Source: Acidobacteriota bacterium (GTDB taxonomy: Bacteria; Acidobacteriota; CAIWXX01). From it: a stretch of 64,000 bases of DNA. Position numbers and translations under genes: made by a program. The DNA lies in assembly GCA_040755995.1 (NCBI GenBank), contig JBFMAF010000023.1, positions 1 through 64,000 of the forward strand. Direction: 5' to 3'. Below are positions 50,972 through 58,987 of this stretch, in pieces (position 1 is the first letter of the stretch; the number at the start of each line of letters is the position of its first letter). Below the pieces are notes generated by a model. That model ran no database searches, was not told where the DNA came from, and worked only from the letters and a program-made list of their open reading frames with translations.

Positions 50972-52794
50972 CGCGTTTCCTCCTTGTTGGACTTCCAAGT
51001 ATCATTCTCGCCTTCACCGGCGCGTGCCACGCGCACGCTATCAGTGAGGCCCGTCATCGCTGCACAAGTCCGGGGGCGGTCCAGTCCCGGCGTGAATCTC
51101 GGTCCATGCTGCATTCCGCGAGCTCTACGCATGGTCGTCGTCCTCCCAGCCTCGATCTGGCGGAACCGCCTTGCTATCGTGTTGTTCGTCTCATCATCCT
51201 CAGCCACCGTGTTTCCGGCATCGATGACCGCAATGATGTACTTGTGATTGCGCCCCGGAGAAGCTCTGATCTTGAAGGATTCCGATCCGAATGCCGGGAG
51301 ACCGGCGCACTTCAAGGTCTTCACGGGCCTCACCCGGCGTGGCGGCACTATTCCGTTGGAAAGGTACACGTGGACGGTGAATCTCCCCGTGGGGAGTACG
51401 CCGCCGTTGGTTACGACCAAAGTCCCGTTCAATCGCGATCGTACGAGCCCGATGCTGGTCCAGGTTCCCGTCGCGTCCGGTGCATTGGGAGAAACACAGC
51501 CCTTGTTGACCAGCACGACTGTGCTTGCCGGAGCGGCGGCCGACGCAGCACTGACTGAAGACGTTGCAGCTGCCGTCGCAGTCGCCGGAACCGCCGAGTA
51601 GCCAACAGGTTCGGGGGATATCATCGTGTCTTGCGACGGGTATCCTGTGCACACGTCGCCCAGCCACGACGCGTGCATGACGAACTGAGCAAACGGTGTA
51701 GTGTCGGCGGAGCCGGCAACGATGAGCCCCCCGAGAGTGGTGACCCGCATCGCGCCCCCATACTCATCTTCCGGTCCGCCGATCGACTTCTGCCAGGCGA
51801 TCCTTCCGGTTTGATCCAGCTTGACCAACCAGCAGTCACGCGAGGATCCCGTAACCTGGCCGCAGGCGATGTAGCCTCCATCCGGGGCTTCCTGGACACT
51901 CGTGAGCAACGGTCGGGCCGGTTCCGACCACGAAATGTACTTCACCCAGAGTACTCTTCCATTCGCTGTGAGCTTCATGATGAAAGAGTCCAGGTCCGCC
52001 TTTCCGAGCAGTACGTACCCTCCGTCCGTTGCCTGTTGCAGGCCTGTCGCGAGCGCCGGCGGGCCGCCTCCGTACACCATCTGCCATGCCACACTCCCGT
52101 CGGTATTCAGCTTGAGACACCAGAGCTGGTTGGTGGTTTCAGACCTCAGGGAGCCGGCGAGAACAAAGCGGCCGTCTGCAGCCTGCCATATGCCAACTGC
52201 GTTGCTGAAGCTCGATCGTCCGTAGGCATTCTGCCAAAGGACGTTCCCGGCGCCGTCGAGTCTCAGGCACCAGGCGTTCATGATTGTGCCCGGCCCGTAC
52301 GAGGCTGTGGTTCCCGCGACGATAAAGCCCCCGCCTGCGACCGAGTCGCACGCGCTACCGACATCGAAGCCTGGCCCGCCGTGTGTCTTCTGCCAGATCA
52401 CGTTGCCACCCGGGCCCAGCAGAAGGCACCATAGGTCAGCATCCCCGGCCCCGTAAGAATAGGTCTGGCCCACGACGAAGCAACTCCCGTCGTCCAGGGG
52501 CCGGACTTCCTCAAACTTGTCTTTGCTGGAGCCGCCGTATCGATACGACCAGACAACGTTCCCCAGGAAATCCAGCTTCGCGCACCAGGCATCCAGATCG
52601 TCATGAACGCCTGGTGTCGAACCCGCCAGGATGAATCCGCCTTCCGGGAGTTGCCTGATATCCTCGATGTGGTACCCCGCAGGTGGATTAGCCAGGGTTT
52701 CATACCAGCGGGCCGTCGAATGCGCCCCTGCGGCGGACAAGAGGAAGGCGAATGTCATCACACCGGTAATCAGAGCCTTCGGAAGCAAGTTCAT
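50968..52794 (-). CDS. Paralogous secreted beta-propeller protein with basic CARDB domain and read-through tail
   Basis: GGAGGAG RBS; same repeats; PDATGTW...AEDDETNNTIARRFR then about 64 extra residues. Confidence 0.8.
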   Translation of the reverse strand: MNLLPKALITGVMTFAFLLSAAGAHSTARWYETLANPPAGYHIEDIRQLPEGGFILAGSTPGVHDDLDAWCAKLDFLGNVVWSYRYGGSSKDKFEEVRPLDDGSCFVVGQTYSYGAGDADLWCLLLGPGGNVIWQKTHGGPGFDVGSACDSVAGGGFIVAGTTASYGPGTIMNAWCLRLDGAGNVLWQNAYGRSSFSNAVGIWQAADGRFVLAGSLRSETTNQLWCLKLNTDGSVAWQMVYGGGPPALATGLQQATDGGYVLLGKADLDSFIMKLTANGRVLWVKYISWSEPARPLLTSVQEAPDGGYIACGQVTGSSRDCWLVKLDQTGRIAWQKSIGGPEDEYGGAMRVTTLGGLIVAGSADTTPFAQFVMHASWLGDVCTGYPSQDTMISPEPVGYSAVPATATAAATSSVSAASAAAPASTVVLVNKGCVSPNAPDATGTWTSIGLVRSRLNGTLVVTNGGVLPTGRFTVHVYLSNGIVPPRRVRPVKTLKCAGLPAFGSESFKIRASPGRNHKYIIAVIDAGNTVAEDDETNNTIARRFRQIEAGRTTTMRRARGMQHGPRFTPGLDRPRTCAAMTGLTDSVRVARAGEGENDTWKSNKEETR

Positions 52795-53118
52795 CTCTCC
52801 TCCATGGACGACCCGCCAACGACTGTGAAGAGGGCCGGCACGAGCTCCATTACACGTGTGCTTCTCTACGGATGTGCTTCTCATGGAAGACCTCCCGTTT
52901 TTCCATTTGTTCCCGACGACCTCTCTGTCCACGCCACCCGTGCCACAAACACCGCGGCACTCGGCGTCGACCACTCGCCTGCACCGACGCGTGCCCATTG
53001 CACGCGATCAAGTGCCTGTCAGCGTCACTCCCCCCCTGTGCACGATCCGTGCCTGCGCCGTTGGCGCGCCGAGGAGTTGTTTTTCAATGCACTATGGCCA
53101 GCAGGGTGGGCATGCCCG

Positions 53119-53237
53119 GTACTTGAGTACACATCCTTCCGCACTCCTTGGCGGGCTGGACTAACAAAACGTGGCCGAAACGCTGCCATCTCAGGATGTG
53201 TACTGCGGTACTTGGCGTGTGAGTACCTGTGTACTCA
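53119..53237. promoter_or_regulatory. Three GTAC-N4-GTAC boxes in divergent intergenic region
   Basis: 53119-53130, 53200-53211, 53223-53234. Confidence 0.5.
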
Positions 53238-53572
53238 GCCAGGACCGTGAGCCGTGTCTGCACAGGTCGCCCCTCCGCAGTGCCCATTCCCAGCGAACGG
53301 TGGTACACGCGTGGCAGTTGGGGATTGTGTATGATTCTCAAGCGATTCGACAACCTACGGCTGATGGGGGCGTGTACCCGGGTATCCAGAGTAGGGTGGG
53401 CTTGACTCGTAACTCATTGAGACCCCTGCACCCTGCCCGGGCGATGGCGCTGGCACGGAACGTGCCTCATGAGGCAGTGAGATGAAGGCACATGATTCGA
53501 AGCGACATCACCCGCACAGGTCCTGGTCGGGTGGTGTCGAAACCCCGAACAGGATTTCAAGGAGGACACGGA

Positions 53573-55315
53573 ATGAACAACCAAGACCTCAGATGGCTTG
53601 ACGGCGCTGGGCGCATCACCCGGGCTGCAGTCTGGGTGGTCTGCTCTCTGTGGGGCTTTCTCTCGATCGGGCTGCAGGCCGAAGCGAGGGAGGTGCGCCC
53701 ATTCTCGGCAGGCAGGCAAGAACTCGTCTTCGATCGGAGCGGCGTGCGCGCGGCATCTGGCAATCAGCTCCTGGGCGCACGCAATCCCAGCATCCCACTC
53801 GCCGTCCCTGGCGAGCTCGCATTGAACACCTTCCTCGGCTCGGTCAAGTACGAGGACGCCTTTTCTGTGGCGATTGATGCAAGTGGGAACGTCTACGTGA
53901 CGGGCCAAAGCTCCGCTTCATGGGGCTCGCCCGTGAGGCCTTTCACGGGGGGAGTTTCTGACGCTTTCGTCGCAAAGCTCAATCCCCAGGGCGAGCTCGT
54001 TTGGAACACGTTCCTGGGCGGGAGCATCAGTGACGCGGGAACCGGCATCGTGGTCGACGCAGGTGGAAACACCTTCGTGACGGGCCACAGCACGTCATCG
54101 TGGGGCACACCCATCAGGCCGTTCTCGTCCGGCGAGGACGGCTTCCTGGCGAGGCTGAGCACGAACGGTGCGCTTCTCTGGAACACGTTCCTGGGAGGCT
54201 CGGGTTATGACTATGCGACTGAGGTGGCCCATGACGGCGTCGGCAATTTCTACATCGCGGGCACGAGCAGCGGCACGTGGGGTTCTCCCGTGACGCCGCG
54301 CGCCGCGCTGGATGATGCCTTTGTGGCGAGAGTTACCGCGAGCGGAATCCTGCTCTGGAACACATTCCTTGGCGGTGCGAATGATGACGGCGCCTCCGGG
54401 ATTGCGACGACGGGATCCGGGTATGTGTACGTTGCAGGCGGGAGCGATGCCTCCTGGGGCTCACCTCTGCGGCCGTACACTGCGAATAGTGACGCGTTCG
54501 TTGCGATGCTGAATCCCTATGGCTCGCTTATCTGGGGCACGTTCCTCGGGGGCTCGGGAGATGACAGGGGCCGAGGGATCGCGCTGGACAAGCTTGGATG
54601 CGTCTGGATAACAGGTCGGAGCGGCGCCACGTGGGGCGCGCCGACTCGTGCGTACACGGCATCCACGGACGCGTTTGTAGCGAAGCTGGATTCCTTCGGA
54701 ACGCTCTACTGGAACACGTTCCTGGGTGGCACGGGTAGTGACAGCGGCCACTGCATTGCGGTGGACGGCACAGGGAGTGCTGCCTACGTGGTGGGCGAGA
54801 GTAGTGCCACCTGGGGTGCGCCTGTCAGGCCGTACACGCCGAGCCCACGTGAGGCCTTCGCCGCGAAATTGGATGCCGGCGGATCGCTCGGCTGGAACAC
54901 ATTCCTCGGAGGGAGCGACTATGACGAAGGCAGAGCAATCGCATCCGACGCAGGCGGGAACCTGTGGGTATGCGGCGGGAGCGAAGCCACATGGGGTTCG
55001 CCCGTGCAGCCGTTCATTGGAGAAAAAGATGCGTTCGTCGCCAAGCTGGCGGTATCGGCCGGCGGGCCGACGATCAAGAAAGTAACGTCGAAGCGAGCCA
55101 CCCGCGGCAGTCCGGCGACGATCACCGGCACCGGCTTCTCGACCAATAAGACCGACAACGTCGTCTACTTCGGCGGCAAGAAGGCCGACATCAAGAGGGC
55201 CAGGGCCAAGAGGCTGAATGTGAATATCCCAAGCAAGTGCAAGAAAGGTTCGGTCGATGTCTATGTCGAGGTGAAGGGAGTCAAGAGCAACGTCGTGAAG
55301 TTCACGGTCAAATAG
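53573..55315 (+). CDS. Secreted SBBP-repeat beta-propeller protein with C-terminal basic IPT domain
   Basis: AAGGAGG RBS; seven WNTFLGG-type repeats; ends PTIKKVTSKR...KFTVK. Confidence 0.85.
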   Translation: MNNQDLRWLDGAGRITRAAVWVVCSLWGFLSIGLQAEAREVRPFSAGRQELVFDRSGVRAASGNQLLGARNPSIPLAVPGELALNTFLGSVKYEDAFSVAIDASGNVYVTGQSSASWGSPVRPFTGGVSDAFVAKLNPQGELVWNTFLGGSISDAGTGIVVDAGGNTFVTGHSTSSWGTPIRPFSSGEDGFLARLSTNGALLWNTFLGGSGYDYATEVAHDGVGNFYIAGTSSGTWGSPVTPRAALDDAFVARVTASGILLWNTFLGGANDDGASGIATTGSGYVYVAGGSDASWGSPLRPYTANSDAFVAMLNPYGSLIWGTFLGGSGDDRGRGIALDKLGCVWITGRSGATWGAPTRAYTASTDAFVAKLDSFGTLYWNTFLGGTGSDSGHCIAVDGTGSAAYVVGESSATWGAPVRPYTPSPREAFAAKLDAGGSLGWNTFLGGSDYDEGRAIASDAGGNLWVCGGSEATWGSPVQPFIGEKDAFVAKLAVSAGGPTIKKVTSKRATRGSPATITGTGFSTNKTDNVVYFGGKKADIKRARAKRLNVNIPSKCKKGSVDVYVEVKGVKSNVVKFTVK

Positions 55316-55762
55316 GAAACGGTTGTGTGGGTCGGCGGCAAGGTGCACTTGAACAAAGTGGGTCAGACGTGATCGGAGTGGCGCGACTCCAGGTCGAAGG
55401 AATCTACCGCCAGCGTCAAGAAGGGCGTCGCCCTCTCGACATCGGAGCGGTACACAGGGGGGGACGCGGAGAATCGGATGGCATCTCTTCACCGCATCTC
55501 CGCGTCGCATCTCTCGCGGACAACCACTCATAGGCCCGAACACCCACACATCCAAGAGAAGTCCGCGATTCAAATCAACGCGGCGCTCGCCCGGGTCGTC
55601 TGCGCTCCGGCCATGGTAGTCGCCCTATAGGTCGTCTGGTCTTCTTAGTGGTCAGGGTCACACAGACACGGATGGCCGCCCCGGCTGCAAGAGCCGTCCC
55701 CTGAACCGGCGCTGCATTCCGACCAGCGGTGAGATGGTTCCCTGCCATGGAATCTGCGATGC

Positions 55763-55791
55763 TTGACATGCCGGCCAACCGTGCGTAGATT
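55763..55791 (+). promoter_or_regulatory. sigma70-like promoter of kinase gene
   Basis: TTGACA-17 nt-TAGATT. Confidence 0.6.
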
Positions 55792-55877
55792 CTGCACGGG
55801 ATACCACACATGCGGCGGGGGCAGGCATCAGTTTCCAGGTCGGGCGATCCCGATCGCCTGTTCGGGAGAATGACGCC

Positions 55878-58304
55878 TTGAGCCTTGTCGGCATGACCTT
55901 CGGACACATCCGCATCACGAGCCCGCTAGGGCGTGGTGCGATGGGAGAGGTCTGCGAGGGCTTTGATGATGTACTGAAGCGCAAGGTGGCCGTCAAGGCG
56001 ATGCAGGCCGGCCACCGGATGGACACGCAATCGAAGATGCGGTTCCTGCGTGAGGCCCGCATCCTTTCGCAGCTCGACCACCCCAATATCTGCCGCGTCT
56101 ATGATTTCGTCGAGAGCGATGAGGTGGATTTGCTCGTGCTCGAGTTCATCGAGGGGAAGAGCCTGAGGCAAGTCATCAGAGACGGGGCCCTGTATTCACG
56201 GCAGCGCGCGCGCATTGCCGACCAGATCGCAATGGCACTCCAGGCCGCCCACGCCATGAGCGTCGTCCACCGCGATCTCAAGCCCGACAACATCATGATC
56301 ACGCCTGAAGGGCAGGTCAAGGTACTCGACTTCGGGCTCGCTCGGACCGTGAGCCAGGTCGAGCCCAGGCCGGCGCCGGTGATCGGCTCGGAGGGGACGG
56401 TTGCAGCGGGTGCAGAGCGCGCTGGCGATTCCGGCACTGCAGCCAGACCCACCGACACCGCCGACTTCGGCCTCGTTCACCGCGGCAAATCAGCACCGGA
56501 GCCCAGTGCCTTCGTGAGTGCGCCGGGCGCCGCGGGAGCAGGGGGAGTGTCTCTCTGGACCACGGGCATGCTCGGGACCAGGGCCGCCGGTGTGATCGGA
56601 ACACCGAGCTACATGAGCCCGGAGCAGGCACGCGGCGAGGCCGTCACCGCTGCGAGCGACATGTACTCGTTCGGCCTCATTCTGCAAGAGCTCTTCACGG
56701 GCCGGCCACCCTACGAGGACGGTCTGACCATGGGAGAGATGCTGGAGAAGGCTAGTCACGGCGAAAGCCTCCCGGTCAAGGACCTCGACGCCGACCTCGC
56801 CAGGTTGATCCTGCAACTCAAATCGTACTCGCCCGCCTCCCGCCCGACGGCTGTAGCCGCGGCAGAGAGTCTGCGTTGGATATGGGAGAAGCCCAGAAGG
56901 CGAGTGAGACGCCTCGCGGTCGCGGCTCTGGGCGTGGTACTGGCAGCGGCTACTGTGATCTCCACGCTCGGCTTCATCGAGGCGAGGCGCGCACAGGCCC
57001 GTGCTGAGGCCTCGGAGAAGGCGGCCACGCAGGCGCAGGCCGAGGCCGAGGCAATCAACAAGTTCCTGCGGGACATGCTCGCCAGCGCCGACCCGAATGC
57101 TATGGGCATCGACGTGAAGGTGATCGACGTGCTCGATTCCGCCACGGAGCAGGCCAGGAGCCTGCTGGCACACCCCTTGCGGATGGCCGCGGCGCTCGAC
57201 ACGCTCGGCGTGACGTATCACTCACTCGGCGAGTACCCCAAAGCTGAAGCGCTGCTCGGCGACGCCCTGGCGATCCGTCGCAGGGAACACGGATTGGCAC
57301 ACTCGCAAACGCTCTCGACCCTGCATCAGCTTGGGGCTCTGCGTGAGAGCCAGGGTCAGTACGAGGAAGCCGAGAGGCTGCTGCGCGGAAGCATGCGATT
57401 GCGCCAGCTTCTGCTCGGACCTGAAAGCTCAGAGGCGGTCGACTCGATGGCGGCTCTCGGTGCAGTCCTCGCACGCAGCCGCCGTTTCGAAGAGTCTGAA
57501 ATCCTTCTCCGGCGTGTGCTGGACATCCGAGAACGGATTCTGGGGCCGGACCATCCTGAGACGCTCGACGCCATGACTGAACTCGGGGGTAGTTACACTG
57601 TGAGGTACCCCATGACAGAGGAGGACCACGCGGAGTCCGAGAGACTGCTTCGCGAGAGTCTCGAGAGAAAGCGCCGCGTGCTCGGCGTTGCGCACCCATC
57701 CACCGCTCGAAATGTCAGGATCCTCGGCGCGCTGTACTACATCCAGAACAGGCTGGATGAAGCCGAGGCGCTCCTGCGGGAGTCCCGATCGTTCTCAGAG
57801 CAGAAATTCGGTGAGAATCATCCGTACACATTGAGCGCGACAATGAACATGGGGGTGCTGCTCAATACTCGCAAGAAGTACGCCGAGGCCGAGCCCCTCC
57901 TTCGTGACGTGCTCGCCCGCCAGCAGAACTTGTTGGGGCCCGCCCACCCCAGCTGCCTCAGCACGATGGCAAGCCTGGGGTCCTCGCTAAAGAACCAGGG
58001 GAAATTGAGGGAGGCCGAAGCGATCTATCGCGGGCGGTGGAAGATCGCTCGGGATGCGCTTGGGGAGGAACATCGGGCGGCTCTGGAGACGATGAGCGGC
58101 GTCGCATCGTTCCTGCTGGGGCAGAAGCGCCATTCCGAGGCCGAGGTGCTCTACCGGAAGGCGCTGGAGGTTCGCACGCGTAAGTACGGGTGGGACAATG
58201 AAGCGACGCTGCGATCGAGGCGGGACCTTGCGCGGCTCCTCAGGGAGACGAACCGCGCCGAAGAGGCCGCCAAGATCGCGCCACCGCCTGATTGGGGCGG
58301 CTAG
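55878..58304 (+). CDS. Ser/Thr protein kinase with TM helix and TPR_12 (kinesin light chain-like) repeats
   Basis: GRGAMGEV, VAVK, HRDLKPDN, DFG, SPE; repeats LGPDHPETL, GENHPYTL, LGPAHPSCL. Confidence 0.9.
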   Translation: MSLVGMTFGHIRITSPLGRGAMGEVCEGFDDVLKRKVAVKAMQAGHRMDTQSKMRFLREARILSQLDHPNICRVYDFVESDEVDLLVLEFIEGKSLRQVIRDGALYSRQRARIADQIAMALQAAHAMSVVHRDLKPDNIMITPEGQVKVLDFGLARTVSQVEPRPAPVIGSEGTVAAGAERAGDSGTAARPTDTADFGLVHRGKSAPEPSAFVSAPGAAGAGGVSLWTTGMLGTRAAGVIGTPSYMSPEQARGEAVTAASDMYSFGLILQELFTGRPPYEDGLTMGEMLEKASHGESLPVKDLDADLARLILQLKSYSPASRPTAVAAAESLRWIWEKPRRRVRRLAVAALGVVLAAATVISTLGFIEARRAQARAEASEKAATQAQAEAEAINKFLRDMLASADPNAMGIDVKVIDVLDSATEQARSLLAHPLRMAAALDTLGVTYHSLGEYPKAEALLGDALAIRRREHGLAHSQTLSTLHQLGALRESQGQYEEAERLLRGSMRLRQLLLGPESSEAVDSMAALGAVLARSRRFEESEILLRRVLDIRERILGPDHPETLDAMTELGGSYTVRYPMTEEDHAESERLLRESLERKRRVLGVAHPSTARNVRILGALYYIQNRLDEAEALLRESRSFSEQKFGENHPYTLSATMNMGVLLNTRKKYAEAEPLLRDVLARQQNLLGPAHPSCLSTMASLGSSLKNQGKLREAEAIYRGRWKIARDALGEEHRAALETMSGVASFLLGQKRHSEAEVLYRKALEVRTRKYGWDNEATLRSRRDLARLLRETNRAEEAAKIAPPPDWGG

Positions 58305-58543
58305 CTTGCAGCCCCCGCCGCGCGCACCCGAGAACAACCAGCTCCATCTGGGTCGAACCGCGGGCGCTCTGCCTGATTCGTCGGGACATCCGCCAGCATC
58401 TCCCCTCACTGTCGAGTAGACGACACTCCACGGCCACACCGGCCCTCAGAGCTGCAGAGTGACCCGTTGCCGGCTCCGGCGATTGCTCATGTGCTTCGTT
58501 GCAGAGTGGTCTCCAGTGCTTGACATGCCAACCACGCCTGCGT

Positions 58544-58696
58544 AGACACCTCCGCCAATCCGACAGGATGGGACGGATTCCGGCGCCCTCGCGTCGGTGA
58601 AGACAAGCAGGGCGTTTGTCGGCTCCGTCCAATGGCAAGAAGGTCTCGAATAGCCAGGTGGTCAAGTACACCCAGGAGCGCGTGCCGGCTTTCGGA
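58544..58696 (+). pseudogene. Internally deleted fragment of gene 46447-48009
   Basis: Matches 46955-46987 joined to 47303-47421; about 315 bp missing. Confidence 0.8.
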
Positions 58697-58747
58697 GGAC
58701 GGTCCCAGGAGAAACAAACCAGTCTTCAGAAGTGGATCGAAGCGAGG

Positions 58748-58819
58748 GCCCGACAGCGCGCTGCACGTGGACGGCCTACCTGCGTGCGAGTCGGCCGCCG
58801 GTGAGCGCCAACGTTCGGC
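58748..58819 (+). mobile_element. Degenerate integron attC site
   Basis: R'' GCCCGAC, 5-nt spacer, L'' GCTGCACG, inner TGGACGGCC/GGCCGCCG, L' GGTGAGC, 6-nt spacer, R' GTTCGGC; two unpaired bases at canonical positions. Confidence 0.65.
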
Positions 58820-58949
58820 ATACAAGTCTCTCGCACGCCTGAGAAGGAGCCCACCGACTACTTGTTGTCGTGAAATCGGCATCACCGCCTCCAGCAGGTC
58901 GCCGGGCGGCTGTGTCTCGCGGTAGCCTCCAGCACTCCTGTAAGATTGC

Positions 58950-58984
58950 ATTGCATTCTTACATTCATTGTGTAAGAATGCAAT
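58950..58984. promoter_or_regulatory. 14-bp perfect inverted repeat directly before ATPase start codon
   Basis: ATTGCATTCTTACA-N7-TGTAAGAATGCAAT; ATG at 58988. Confidence 0.7.
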
Positions 58985-58987
58985 ACC

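Noticed and set aside
53800..55050. Regularly spaced TGGAACACGTTCCT repeats
   Set aside because: They encode the WNTFLGG propeller blades; not a CRISPR or DNA-level element
55697..55745. attC-like CCTGAAC-CGGC-GCTGCATT...GCGGTGAG
   Set aside because: Wrong spacing and no matching R' box; too degenerate to support
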